Positions 36,327 to 46,331 are shown, counted from the stretch's first letter. The stretch: DNA of 64,000 nt from Anaerolineae bacterium (GCA_963675785.1 OY776562.1:352001-416000); one strand, 5' to 3'. Numbers and translations: made by a program. Notes: generated from the letters alone by a model not told the origin.

Positions 36327-37793
36327 ATGGCACTGTTGGGCATCTCGATAAGTGGGACTTTGTGCAGCGCTGATATCTATAGCGAAGACGGCCGGTTACT
36401 ATCCAGAAAAAGGGCGGCATTCCCGGTCGAAAGATATCAGGATGTACAGGCAGCACTGCCCGCCAGAATCTGGGAAGCGTTTTGCACGGCTATCAAGGGC
36501 GCTGTCTCTGAAACAGATCAGGCAAATCTATCAGCCCTTTGCATTACGGGCGGTGGCGATGGTCTTGTAGCCCTTGATCGTGCCTCAGTGCCGCTTGGCC
36601 CCTGTGTCTTTCGCACTGCGTCGGCTATGCACTGCGCCTCTTCTGAGTTGCCCCCAGATATTTTTTTCGAGATGACGGGGCGGTTCGCCACGGATCTGAC
36701 TGGGCTGGATACACTCTCTTGGTATAACCAGAAATACCGCGGATTCTTTGGGCAGTTGTGGCGTTATGTGCCAGTGGAGACCTGGCTTCAAGTCAAACTC
36801 GGTGGTCAGGCTATCGTCGATGCCTCACTCGGTTCTAGGGCCTTGTGTCTGGATATTCGCGATAACACTTGGTCTCGGCAGCTATTGGATCCCTGTGGCA
36901 TTCGAGAGGCGCATTTGCCGCCTATTGTGCAATCAGCTAGTTTGGCCGGACGGCTCTCTGCAGATGCCGCTTCTGAACTGGGTTTGGATTCTCACGTCCA
37001 GCTGGTAGTTGGTGGTTGGGATCGAGCGTGTGAGGCTCTGGGGGCTGGCGTATTGGAGCCGGCCAAAAGTGCGCTCTATTGCATGCAATCGTCCTTTGAT
37101 TTGATCCCCTCTTTTGCGGCTATCTCGCTTACCGCGCTTTTGCTCAAAAACGGCATCAGTATGACGCCGCATGTACAGAACGAAGCCTTGTTGGGCGTTT
37201 GGCAAGTGCGAGAAGGAGGGGCCATGCTACGCTGGTTCCGCGACCAGATCGCTAGGCAGGAGACGGCCGAGGCCCGCAGCCGTGGCTACAATGTTTATGA
37301 GAGGTTGTTGGCAGAAATGCCGGATTATCCTACCGAGCTGCTGTATCGGCCTCCTGCGCAAGATCGTTCAACCTCTGTACTGGAGGGTCTCAAGTCCGAT
37401 ACATCGCGGAGTGAACTATTACGCGGGTTGGTGGAGGGTATAACTGAAGAAATGACCGAGGGGCTTGAACGTTTTGGGCATGTAGGTATTCCCGTGGAGA
37501 CGCTGCATACGACGGGAATAGGCGCTTACTCCGATGTGCTTTTGCAGCTTACAGCCGATATTTCTGGGTGTGAGATCCTCAAAATGGAACAGCCCAACGC
37601 CGACACACTCGGCGCAGCCCTGATTGCCGCATGTGGCGCTGGGGTTTATGAGAGCCTGGAAGAAGCTGTGGCCAATGCCGTGCGGGTGGCCGCTCGTTAC
37701 GAACCACGGCCAGCATTGCACGAGGTTTATGTCGCGAGGCGCGAATCCCGTCGGGGAAATCGGCCTCGCGGTGAGATGCTTCAAGAGATCTAG
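36327..37793 (+). CDS. FGGY-family carbohydrate kinase-like protein (degenerate motifs)
   Basis: FGGY fold features VVGGWDR, LRWFRD, TGIGAYS, LGAALIA; N-terminal motif altered to LGISISGT. Confidence 0.7.
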   Translation: MALLGISISGTLCSADIYSEDGRLLSRKRAAFPVERYQDVQAALPARIWEAFCTAIKGAVSETDQANLSALCITGGGDGLVALDRASVPLGPCVFRTASAMHCASSELPPDIFFEMTGRFATDLTGLDTLSWYNQKYRGFFGQLWRYVPVETWLQVKLGGQAIVDASLGSRALCLDIRDNTWSRQLLDPCGIREAHLPPIVQSASLAGRLSADAASELGLDSHVQLVVGGWDRACEALGAGVLEPAKSALYCMQSSFDLIPSFAAISLTALLLKNGISMTPHVQNEALLGVWQVREGGAMLRWFRDQIARQETAEARSRGYNVYERLLAEMPDYPTELLYRPPAQDRSTSVLEGLKSDTSRSELLRGLVEGITEEMTEGLERFGHVGIPVETLHTTGIGAYSDVLLQLTADISGCEILKMEQPNADTLGAALIAACGAGVYESLEEAVANAVRVAARYEPRPALHEVYVARRESRRGNRPRGEMLQEI

Positions 37794-39856
37794 TGTCCAG
37801 CTGCAAGCTCGGTGATCTGCCGCAGTTGCCTTGTGAGAGCTGCAAATGCTGCGGTATAGGTTTCTTCCCATGTTTGAAGCGATTTGTCATCCCCCGTTTC
37901 AAGCTCGTATCGCAACCCGGGCAGTAGCCAGGCTTCATACCCGCTATCAGGGTCTTCACAAACATAAAGCGAACGGGCCCAAGCGCTGTGTTGCAGGCCT
38001 TCTGAGCGGGTCAGGTTGCGCTCCAGTGTAAGCAACTGCTCGTTGATCTGCCCTTTGATGTCCTCAGATAGCGCAGTTGCAGCATCCTCGGCCAGAGCGG
38101 TTTCCATGGCGTAGGCAGCCCCCGCCAGCTCTTGGATGGCGGCGCGTAGTGGACTGGCGTCGAGCTTGCGACCGAGTTCTTGGGCGCGCTGAACCAAAGT
38201 CCCCAGGTGTCTGCTGAGATCAGCACCGTAACGCGAAACATCCAGGGGCAGTAGGTCAGCATCGGCCAGCCTGGTAGCAATGATGCCGTTCCAAACAGCT
38301 ACAGCCGGCCCGAACTTGAACTCGGTGTCACCAAAACGCTCGTACCAGGCCATATCGTCATAATTTGTGTGGTAAAGAGGCATCGGATTGGACATGAATA
38401 CTTGGGCTGCCGGAATGCCCAGATGGCTGTAGAACCCCACGTGATCCGAACCGCCGCCCAGATCGCCCATACGTGGTTCGCCGCCCGTCTTGGATTGTTC
38501 TTGCCACACCTCCAGCAGGCTCTTCTTAGTGCCGGGGTAGGCTGTATCGGCGGCGGCTTCGAGCAGCAGTTTTTTAAGCGAAGGAGCCGATTCGGCGGCG
38601 ACGTTGGGACCGGTAACAGCCATGTCGGCGTTGAGATAGGCGATGGCCGAGGTCGCCAGCTTGCTTTCAAACTGTTCAACCCACTCTGTCGAGCCAATAA
38701 TGCCGTATTCTTCGGCGTCCCAATGGGCAATGGCCAATGAACGACGCGGGCGCCAACCCTCGGTTAGCATCTGCCCCAAGGCATCAGCCAATACCAACAG
38801 CATAGCGTTGCCGCTGTTAGGGTCGGATGCGCCAAAGTTCCAGGCATCATAATGGCAACCGAGGTATAGCGTCTGCTCGGGGAATTCAGAGCCCTGGATG
38901 ACACCGACAACGTTCGTTGCTCGCTTGATGCCGAGTGGCTGATCCACGCGAACGCGAACCTGAAGCAATTCGTCGCCCTGTAGGCGGTAGGCAAAAGGCA
39001 ATCCGCCTTGCCAACCCTCGGGTACGCCCTGACCGGTCATTCTTTTAAGGATTTCTTGCGCCGAGCCGTAGGGCAGGGGTGCGACTGGGATATTCAGTAG
39101 GCCGTCGACATCTGCAGGATCAAGGCGTTCAACGAGCTCATCCGAATCCAAGGGCAGGGCAGGGCCATTGGGCGTGAGCGGGTCGCCAGAGTAGCCCAGG
39201 GTCAACAGAGAACCGCGCTGCACGCAGCTATCATTGATAGCCGGCCCTTCGGGATAAGGCAATGCCTTGACATAACCAGAATCCGCAGGATCCGAGTAGA
39301 TGATCAAACCGAGAGCGCCCCGTTCTTGGGCATATTTGGCTTTATAGCCGCGGAAATTGCCGCCAAAACGGGCAATAACGATCTTGCCAGCCACGGAGAT
39401 GCCCAACGCATCAAGTTGCTCGTAATCTTCCTTGCGAGCGTAATTGGCATAGACGACGGTACCGGTAACGTCACCCGATCCTGAATAGGCGTTCCATCCT
39501 GGCCCGAGGTCCGCATGGGCTGAATAAGGATCCTCAGCCAGAATATCTTCTTGGTTGTTGAGCGCCATGCGTTTGGGCTGCACCAGATCGACACGCACTG
39601 AACAATCTGGCGAGGGCATGAGCACATCGTAGGGATATTCAGTCACTTGCAGACCGGCCGCTTTCATGCTCGTGGTGAGGTATTCGCGTACTCGGTCATT
39701 AGCAGGGGTGCCAGCGGGGTGGGGCTCCTGAGCGAGTGCTTGAAGGTGCTTTTTAAAGCCTGCTGCTGTACACAACTCGCAGAGGCGGGCTTCAAACTGG
39801 TATTGCGCCTGGCTGCGGGTAGTAGAGAATCCTCGAATTGCCTTGGTGTCAGTCAT
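37790..39856 (-). CDS. M28 family peptidase (glutamate carboxypeptidase II/TfR-like, PA domain)
   Basis: HYDAW, GASDPNSG, WDAEEYG, GGGSDH, YHTNYD; ATG 39856 behind CGGAGG. Confidence 0.88.
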   Translation of the reverse strand: MTDTKAIRGFSTTRSQAQYQFEARLCELCTAAGFKKHLQALAQEPHPAGTPANDRVREYLTTSMKAAGLQVTEYPYDVLMPSPDCSVRVDLVQPKRMALNNQEDILAEDPYSAHADLGPGWNAYSGSGDVTGTVVYANYARKEDYEQLDALGISVAGKIVIARFGGNFRGYKAKYAQERGALGLIIYSDPADSGYVKALPYPEGPAINDSCVQRGSLLTLGYSGDPLTPNGPALPLDSDELVERLDPADVDGLLNIPVAPLPYGSAQEILKRMTGQGVPEGWQGGLPFAYRLQGDELLQVRVRVDQPLGIKRATNVVGVIQGSEFPEQTLYLGCHYDAWNFGASDPNSGNAMLLVLADALGQMLTEGWRPRRSLAIAHWDAEEYGIIGSTEWVEQFESKLATSAIAYLNADMAVTGPNVAAESAPSLKKLLLEAAADTAYPGTKKSLLEVWQEQSKTGGEPRMGDLGGGSDHVGFYSHLGIPAAQVFMSNPMPLYHTNYDDMAWYERFGDTEFKFGPAVAVWNGIIATRLADADLLPLDVSRYGADLSRHLGTLVQRAQELGRKLDASPLRAAIQELAGAAYAMETALAEDAATALSEDIKGQINEQLLTLERNLTRSEGLQHSAWARSLYVCEDPDSGYEAWLLPGLRYELETGDDKSLQTWEETYTAAFAALTRQLRQITELAAGH

Positions 39857-39924
39857 TGCGGGCCTCCGTGTTGATGCAATAACATTCGCTTCTCTGGCAT
39901 ACCTGTGATAAAGTGCGCCCACGT

Positions 39925-39957
39925 AAAAACAGACCCGCAGCATTGCTGGCTGCGGGT
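39925..39957 (-). terminator. Intrinsic terminator after tRNA-Arg
   Basis: ACCCGCAGC/GCTGCGGGT stem followed by CUGUUUUU. Confidence 0.75.
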
Positions 39958-39961
39958 AAGG

Positions 39962-40034
39962 TGCCCCAGGAGGGAGTCGAACCCCCGGCACAAGGTTTAG
40001 GAAACCTCTGCTCTATCCTCTGAGCTACTGGGGC
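39962..40034 (-). tRNA. tRNA-Arg (anticodon CCT)
   Basis: Acceptor GCCCCAG/CTGGGGC, D arm GCTC/GAGC, anticodon loop TTCCTAA, T loop GTTCGAC; 3' end reads ACCT, so full CCA is not encoded. Confidence 0.95.
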
Positions 40035-40075
40035 GCGAGCAGGAGTATACCATAGACACAGGAGAGCGACAAGAA

Positions 40076-41200
40076 TTGTCACCCCGACGCGTATGTAATC
40101 TGGTTCTGCGTGCTTTCATTCTGTTTGCACTGGTCTATGTGACTAGTGCGCCTGTTCAGCGTCTGGTTACCGTTGGGGAGCAGCAGCAGGTTGAGACAAA
40201 TAATCCGGTGGTTGGTGTGCATACGCGCCTGACCGATGAAGTGGAAGAATGGAAGATTCAGCAGACGCTGGTGATGGTGCGCGAGATGGGCGCCAGCTGG
40301 ATTGTCGAGTATTTCCCCTGGGCCTATTACGAGCCAGAAAAGGGTGTTTACGATTTTGGCCACGCCGATATGGTGATAGAACATGCTCTGGCACAGGGTC
40401 TGAAGGTCATCGCCCGGGTGGATTATGTACCTGACTGGGCTCGTCCCGAGGATACAACGGCGCGCTATCTCGATGAAGACCATTATCAGGATTACGCCGA
40501 TTTCATCTATGCTTTTTGTGAGCACTTTGAGGGGCAGCTAGATTCCATCATCATTTGGAACGAACCTAACCTGGCCTTTGAATGGGGTTATCGTATGCCC
40601 GATCCTGAGAGCTATGTTGAGCTGCTCAAGGTAGCCTACGAGGCAGCCAAAGCAGCGGATCCTGATATTCGTGTGTTGGGTGCTGGATTGGCTCCTACGT
40701 TGGCTCCTGAAGGCAGCGAGTGGGGTATGGATGATCTACTCTACCTGGAGCGCATGTACCAGGCGGGCGCTGCTGATTATATGGATGGTTTGGCTGTCCA
40801 TGCTTACGGAATGACGGCTTCTGCCGATGATCCTGCGGATCCGCAGGCCATCAATTTCAGACGAACCGAACTTGTTCACGAGATCATGGTGACCTATGGA
40901 GACGGTGACAAGCCCTGCATCATCACCGAGGGCGGTTGGAACGACCATCCTCGGTGGACCAAGTCGGTTAGCCCGTATCTGCGCATTCAGCACACCATCG
41001 ATGCCTATGATCTGGCCATGAACGAATGGGACTGGTGCGAGGCGGTTTGTTTGTGGGTTTTCCGATTCCCCTGGCCTCAAAATACCTACCAGGACTATTT
41101 CGCCTTTGTCTCGACGGATTTTATTCCCAAACCCATCTATACCGAGATACAACACTATGCCCACGATGAGCCCTATGATTATCTGGAGAATACGCCATGA
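40076..41200 (+). CDS. Secreted clan-A glycoside hydrolase (GH5/GH39-like)
   Basis: IWNEPN acid/base motif, AVHAYG, ITEGGW nucleophile motif; N-terminal hydrophobic segment. Confidence 0.8.
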   Translation: MSPRRVCNLVLRAFILFALVYVTSAPVQRLVTVGEQQQVETNNPVVGVHTRLTDEVEEWKIQQTLVMVREMGASWIVEYFPWAYYEPEKGVYDFGHADMVIEHALAQGLKVIARVDYVPDWARPEDTTARYLDEDHYQDYADFIYAFCEHFEGQLDSIIIWNEPNLAFEWGYRMPDPESYVELLKVAYEAAKAADPDIRVLGAGLAPTLAPEGSEWGMDDLLYLERMYQAGAADYMDGLAVHAYGMTASADDPADPQAINFRRTELVHEIMVTYGDGDKPCIITEGGWNDHPRWTKSVSPYLRIQHTIDAYDLAMNEWDWCEAVCLWVFRFPWPQNTYQDYFAFVSTDFIPKPIYTEIQHYAHDEPYDYLENTP

Positions 41201-42021
41201 TGCACCATTACCATAGGCTGAAAGACTTGCCCGTGTGGGGGCGCGTTGTATTTGTGGTGGCACTGGCGGCGGTGGTGCTGGGCCTGATTATTTCTGCTGC
41301 GCAGCAGCCGCAGACGGATGAAACCTGGGAGGGCGTTCTGGAGCGTGGAGCACTGCGCGTTGGCATGGATGCCAGTTATCCGCCTTTTGAAGTGGTGGAT
41401 GCCAACGGCGACTTTTTCGGGTATGATGTTGACTTGGCCCGATCGCTCGGCGAAAGGTGGGGCGTCGAGGTGCAGTTTGTGAACGTATCCTTCGACGGCC
41501 TGTATGATGCGCTTTTAGCAGATCGTTTTGATATCATCATCTCGGCTTTACCATACGACCAAACGCGAACGCAAGACGTTAGTTATACGCAATCGTATTT
41601 TAATGCGGGAGAAGTGTTGCTGGTTCGCGAGGGTGGCGGTATAGCTTCTGTAGATGATTTGAACGGTAATTGTGTTGCTGTAGAATTAGGTTCTGAAGGG
41701 CACCAACAGATTTTGCTTCAAGTGCGTAACAAGGGACTCGAACTCGAGATTATGACATTGCAGTCCTCGGATGAGCTAGTGTTAGCTTGTGCGGATAGCG
41801 GTGTGGATGCAATTGCTTGTGATCGTGTCAAAGCCTTGGAACTCTTGTCTACTTGTTCTGGCTGGTATGTGGTTGAGAGCCTGACAGAGGAGCCTTATGT
41901 GATCGCTGTATTGCCTGAGGCGGCGACGTTATTGGAAGAAACGGATATCGCTCTGGAAGCCTGGCTGGCTGATGGGTTTGTCGATGAGCTGGCTGGCAAA
42001 TGGTTTAGCACAGGAGGATAG
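41197..42021 (+). CDS. Amino-acid ABC transporter substrate-binding protein (family 3)
   Basis: LRVGMDASYPPFE, GYDVDLA, DIIISA. Confidence 0.85.
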   Translation: MMHHYHRLKDLPVWGRVVFVVALAAVVLGLIISAAQQPQTDETWEGVLERGALRVGMDASYPPFEVVDANGDFFGYDVDLARSLGERWGVEVQFVNVSFDGLYDALLADRFDIIISALPYDQTRTQDVSYTQSYFNAGEVLLVREGGGIASVDDLNGNCVAVELGSEGHQQILLQVRNKGLELEIMTLQSSDELVLACADSGVDAIACDRVKALELLSTCSGWYVVESLTEEPYVIAVLPEAATLLEETDIALEAWLADGFVDELAGKWFSTGG

Positions 42022-42025
42022 CACC

Positions 42026-42529
42026 GTGTTCGCGTTGAGACGTGACGCTGTGCGTCTGGCATCAGACTATGATGCGATACTCACCATGCACAAGATCAGT
42101 CTGACTATCAACTTTGCCGATCCACGGCTGAGTGAGACGGCTTTTCAGAGCAGTTTGGCTGATGCAATCGAACGTGGCGTTGTCTTTGCCTATCGGATTG
42201 GCGAAGAGCTCTACGGTTGGCTTTGGCTTGCCTATATGGACGAGAGCAGAGTTCACGTTCGTCAGATCGAGGTAGTCAAGCGCTATTGGGGGCAGGGCGT
42301 GGGCAAGACCATCATGCGTGATGCCATCGCTATGGCCATTGAGCAAGGCTGCCGTATGATGACGTTGAATGTAACCAAATCAAATCAACGCGCTGTCGGC
42401 CTCTACTCAGGTTTAGGATTCGAGGTTGTTGAAGACAAGGGAGCCAGACAGCTCATGCGGCTCGACTTGGCTTCTATAGCTGAGAGAGATCCGCTTCTTC
42501 TACAGGTACGGTCACATCCCCAAGCGTAA
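42026..42529 (+). CDS. GNAT family N-acetyltransferase
   Basis: YWGQGVG, NQRAVGLYSGLGF; GTG 42026 behind AGGAGG. Confidence 0.85.
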   Translation: MFALRRDAVRLASDYDAILTMHKISLTINFADPRLSETAFQSSLADAIERGVVFAYRIGEELYGWLWLAYMDESRVHVRQIEVVKRYWGQGVGKTIMRDAIAMAIEQGCRMMTLNVTKSNQRAVGLYSGLGFEVVEDKGARQLMRLDLASIAERDPLLLQVRSHPQA

Positions 42530-42686
42530 TAACGTCCCCCGGGCGTATCTTTTTGCTGCGCTGCGTGCAGATTTCGCCATTTAACAGCACCTCGCCATCT
42601 TGAATGAGATGTTTTGCCTCGCCACCGGAGAATACCAACCCTTTGAGCTTGAGGAACTGGTCCAGACGAATGTAGCTATCGTCCAT
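42474..42686 (-). CDS. S4-domain RNA-binding protein (YaaA/YbcJ-like)
   Basis: IRLDQFLK...SGGEAKHLIQDGEV..NGE...RSKKIRPGD; ATG 42686 behind GGGAG. Confidence 0.88.
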   Translation of the reverse strand: MDDSYIRLDQFLKLKGLVFSGGEAKHLIQDGEVLLNGEICTQRSKKIRPGDVITLGDVTVPVEEADLSQL

Positions 42687-42705
42687 TTTTTTCTCCCTTG
42701 AAAGA

Positions 42706-42736
42706 AGCCGGGTATCGCTTTCTGCGATACCCGGCT
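42706..42736 (-). terminator. Hairpin after pckA
   Basis: AGCCGGGTATCGC/GCGATACCCGGCT 13-bp stem, short U-rich tail. Confidence 0.7.
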
Positions 42737-42753
42737 CTGTGTTTATAAAGCGC

Positions 42754-44403
42754 TTATTTGCCAGGGCACTGGGCTTCGACGGCAGGGTCGATGCCCTTGT
42801 CGCCATAGGCCTTGTCAAAGTGCGTAGCAAAGTCAGCGGCCAACTTGTTGGCGCGCTTGTCATAGGCGTCCTTGTCAGCCCAAGTGTTCCTGGGGAAGAG
42901 CACCTCAGACGGGACATTGGGGACGGTGGTTGGGACCTGAATGTGGAAAATTGGGTCCTCTTTGTACTCGACATCAGAGAGCTGGCCACTCAGCGCAGCA
43001 GTCACGATGGCGCGGGTCAAGGTGATGTCCATACGAGAGCCAATGCCGTAAGGGCCACCGCTCCAGCCGGTATTGACCAAAAAGACCTCGGTGCCATGTT
43101 CGCGCATCTTTTCACCCAGCATGTTCGCATAGATATCCGGGTTGAGCGACATGAACGGCTCACCAAAGAAGCGGGAGAAGGTCGAAACAGGATCGGTGAT
43201 GCCTGTCTCAGTGCCGGCCAATTTGCTGGTGTAACCCATGAGGAACCAGAGCATGGCTTGCTCAGGAGAGAGCTTGGCAACTGGCGGAAGCACGCCAAAG
43301 GCGTCTGCCGTCAGGAAGAGAATGGTGCTCGGATGATCGCTAGTGGAGCTCTTCTTGATGTTGGTCAGGAAAGAGAGCGGATAAGAACCACGCGAGTTTT
43401 CCGTGAGGCGGCCATCGTCGAGGTCAAAGGTGCCATCGGGCCACATCATGGCGTTTTCAACGATAGAGCCGTGCTCAAGGTAGCAAGCCTTGTGGAACAT
43501 GGCCTTGTAGATCTCGGGCTCTTTGGCTTCGCGCAGGTTGATGAGCTTGGCATAGCAGCCATTCTCAAAGTTGGCGATACCTGCGTCGCTCCAGCCGTGC
43601 TCGTCGTCACCCAGCAGGGCGCGATCGGGGTCGGCGGAGAGGGTGGTCTTGCCTGTGCCAGAAAGACCGAGGAGCAATGCGCTCTTGCCATCACTGCCTT
43701 CGTTTGCTGAACAGTGCAATGGCAGAATGCCTTCGAATGGCAGCAAATAGTTCATGACGCTAAATATAAGCTTTTTGATTGAGCCACAATAGGCCGAGCC
43801 GTAAACAATGCCCATGCCACGATAGGGATCCATTACGACGGCCATATTGGAGGTCTTGCTGCCGGCTTTGCGCAGGCGGCCGTCATACTTGGAGGCCTCT
43901 ACTTTATCATAAGGAAGCGCGATCAGCGTAAATGGCCGATCTGCAAAGCAGCTCTTGGCAATGTCGTCAGGAATCGGGCGGAACATGTTGTCGACAAAAG
44001 CGATGTGTAGGGCCTTGTCAGAGACGACCTTGACCGGGAGGGCGTAGGCGGAATCTGCGCCGACTACGCGATCGACCACGTAAACCTTGTCCTTGCCGCC
44101 GAGGGCAGCCAGGGCATCTTCCCAGAGCATATCAAAGGTATCGGGGGTCATGGGGATGTTATTGGGTGAATCCCAGTCGATCTGGCTGGCAGTGGCCTCG
44201 TGGCGAACCACATAGGTGTCCTTGGGGCTACGACCAGTGGACTCGGGTGGAGTCCAAGTGACGAGTGACCCATTCGCCGAAACGAGCGCCTCTTTATTCT
44301 CTACGGCAGCCCTGATCAATTCCTTTCGATCGAGGTTGTCGAACACATTCGAATGTCCCTTTAGAACAGAACTTAGTGCCTCAGTATGCTTTGACGCGGC
44401 CAT
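42754..44403 (-). CDS. pckA: Phosphoenolpyruvate carboxykinase (ATP)
   Basis: TGRSPKD, LHCSAN, GLSGTGKTTLS, GDDEHGW, ENGCYAK, LVNTGW. Confidence 0.97.
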   Translation of the reverse strand: MAASKHTEALSSVLKGHSNVFDNLDRKELIRAAVENKEALVSANGSLVTWTPPESTGRSPKDTYVVRHEATASQIDWDSPNNIPMTPDTFDMLWEDALAALGGKDKVYVVDRVVGADSAYALPVKVVSDKALHIAFVDNMFRPIPDDIAKSCFADRPFTLIALPYDKVEASKYDGRLRKAGSKTSNMAVVMDPYRGMGIVYGSAYCGSIKKLIFSVMNYLLPFEGILPLHCSANEGSDGKSALLLGLSGTGKTTLSADPDRALLGDDEHGWSDAGIANFENGCYAKLINLREAKEPEIYKAMFHKACYLEHGSIVENAMMWPDGTFDLDDGRLTENSRGSYPLSFLTNIKKSSTSDHPSTILFLTADAFGVLPPVAKLSPEQAMLWFLMGYTSKLAGTETGITDPVSTFSRFFGEPFMSLNPDIYANMLGEKMREHGTEVFLVNTGWSGGPYGIGSRMDITLTRAIVTAALSGQLSDVEYKEDPIFHIQVPTTVPNVPSEVLFPRNTWADKDAYDKRANKLAADFATHFDKAYGDKGIDPAVEAQCPGK

Positions 44404-44499
44404 CTACGATCTCCTTTTCGACCACTAGTGCGAGTACACCTCGCGCAAGGGCAGGCTATAGCACCAACATGCCATAGTCCCCCATTGTATATTGTTACT

Positions 44500-44528
44500 A
44501 GGATACACGGTTTCGTTGTGCACGTCAA
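44500..44528 (-). promoter_or_regulatory. Candidate sigma70 promoter of pckA
   Basis: TTGACG - 17 nt - TATCCT. Confidence 0.45.
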
Positions 44529-44630
44529 CTCTTTTTGATAAACAGAATCAACAAGAGCTTATCGGGTACTAGTCATCGTTTCATGAATCGATTATGATAG
44601 CGCCGAGAGCTGCGGATTAGGAGAGAATAC

Positions 44631-45686
44631 ATGCGCGAATCGATGACACCTCGTGAACGTTGGCTTGCTGTACTGCAGGGCGATCTTCCTGATCGGATCC
44701 CCATGGACTATTGGGCAACAGAGGAGGTCAGCGTCAAGCTGGTAGCACACCTTGGCGTGCCCGATCTGGACGCAGCACTCGACCAACTTCATGTGGATCG
44801 ACCTCGGACTGTGGCTGGACACTATATTGGCCCGACATGCCCTGCGGATACCGACGTGTTTGGCATTCGCCGCCGTTCGGTCAGTTATGGTGCGGGTACC
44901 TACGACGAGGTAATGACTCATCCTCTGGCCGAGTTCAAGACGGTAGAAGAAATCGAGGCCAATTATTGCTGGCCCGATCCCGATTGGTGGGATTACAGCA
45001 AGGTGGCTGAGCAGCTCGTGGGGTGGGAGGACTATCCCATTCGGGGTGGCGGTTCGGAACCTTTCTTACTTTACAAGGCATTGCGCGGCGACGAGCAGGC
45101 TTTTATGGATTTGGCACTCAACCCCGCGATTGCCCATTATTGCCTTGATAAGCTCTTTGAGCTGGCCTATCAGAATACACTGCGCATCTATGAGGCCATC
45201 CCCAGTCGGGTGGATATAACCTATGTGGCCGAGGATATGGGCAGTCAGGAGGGGTTGCTTTTTTCGCCCAAGCAGATCAAAACTTTTCTAATCCCGCGGA
45301 TGAAGCGCATCATCGATCTGGCTCATTCTGCGGGGGCCTATGTGTTCCATCATAGCGATGGTGCCGTTCGCAAGATTCTCCCCACTATGATCGAGACCGG
45401 CATCGATGTACTCAATCCCATTCAATGGAAGTGTGTGGGCATGGAGCGTGAGGGGCTCAAACGCGATTTCGGCCAGGACCTGGTCTTTCACGGTGGTGTA
45501 GATAACCAATATACCTTGGCCTTTGGATCAGTGGACGAGGTGCGCCAGGAAGTGCGCGATGACATCCGCATCCTGGGTGCTGGCGGGGGCTATATTTTGG
45601 CGCCCTGCCATAACATTCAGGCGGTCAGCCCGGCGGAGAACATCGTGGCTATGTACGAAACGGGCTACCAAGAGGGCTGGTACTAG
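44631..45686 (+). CDS. Uroporphyrinogen decarboxylase-fold protein (MtaA/CmuA methyltransferase-like)
   Basis: MTPRER, PDRIP, HHSDG, LNPIQ, FHGGVD, GGYILAPCHNIQ. Confidence 0.85.
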   Translation: MRESMTPRERWLAVLQGDLPDRIPMDYWATEEVSVKLVAHLGVPDLDAALDQLHVDRPRTVAGHYIGPTCPADTDVFGIRRRSVSYGAGTYDEVMTHPLAEFKTVEEIEANYCWPDPDWWDYSKVAEQLVGWEDYPIRGGGSEPFLLYKALRGDEQAFMDLALNPAIAHYCLDKLFELAYQNTLRIYEAIPSRVDITYVAEDMGSQEGLLFSPKQIKTFLIPRMKRIIDLAHSAGAYVFHHSDGAVRKILPTMIETGIDVLNPIQWKCVGMEREGLKRDFGQDLVFHGGVDNQYTLAFGSVDEVRQEVRDDIRILGAGGGYILAPCHNIQAVSPAENIVAMYETGYQEGWY

Positions 45687-45714
45687 AAAACAGAACGAGA
45701 TTGAGGAGATTTGC

Positions 45715-46323
45715 ATGTACATTGGTCGATTTGTGGTGTTGGGCAAAACGAGTGCGGATGAATGGTACCTGGGCTATCGCGTGTCCTCGCGCTCCTTTCC
45801 CAACCGCTTGATTCGAACCCTGGCTGACCGGGCCATGGTGGTACCCACCAGCGATGCGCCGCCGACGGATAATCCCTACATTAGCTACAACTGTTTACGT
45901 CGGAATGGTGATATCTGGGTGCTGGGCAATGGCTCACAGGTGGACCCCATCATCGATAAAGTGAGTTTGGGCTATGGCTTGCGTGACGCCCTGGCGCTCT
46001 CGCTGTTGGCTCTGGATTACGAGCATGACCAGTACAATACGCCTCGCGTAGTGGCTGCACTGGACCGGGACGCGGATAGCGGTTACCTTGGCATTGTGGC
46101 CGACAATCAGTTGAGCGTACGCGAGATGGCCGTAGAGCCGGGAGAAGCGCTATTGGTCGCCACGTATGAGGCGACACAGCCTACATCCGTCCATCTGGTA
46201 GGGGATGATGCGGCGACTTTGTGTGACGCGCTGTTCACTTGCGAATATGAACTACCTGTGGCGGCTCTGGTGGTGCATTTTGGCAACGAGGTGGATATAG
46301 CCTCACGTTCTGCCCGCGAATGA
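45715..46323 (+). CDS. purO: IMP cyclohydrolase, archaeal type
   Basis: MYIGRF, YRVSSRSFPNR, NPYISYNC, NGSQVD, DYEHDQYNTPR, ATYE; RBS GAGGAG. Confidence 0.88.
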   Translation: MYIGRFVVLGKTSADEWYLGYRVSSRSFPNRLIRTLADRAMVVPTSDAPPTDNPYISYNCLRRNGDIWVLGNGSQVDPIIDKVSLGYGLRDALALSLLALDYEHDQYNTPRVVAALDRDADSGYLGIVADNQLSVREMAVEPGEALLVATYEATQPTSVHLVGDDAATLCDALFTCEYELPVAALVVHFGNEVDIASRSARE

Positions 46324-46331
46324 GCCAAGAG

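Noticed and set aside
39962-40034. tRNA-Arg as an integration site of a genomic island
   Set aside because: No integrase and no duplicated tRNA 3' end seen in the window
39857-40082. Extension of the M28 peptidase to 39991 and ORF 39849-40082
   Set aside because: They run through the tRNA-Arg gene and its terminator
42739-43710. 323-aa plus-strand ORF
   Set aside because: Antisense shadow of pckA with no recognisable motifs
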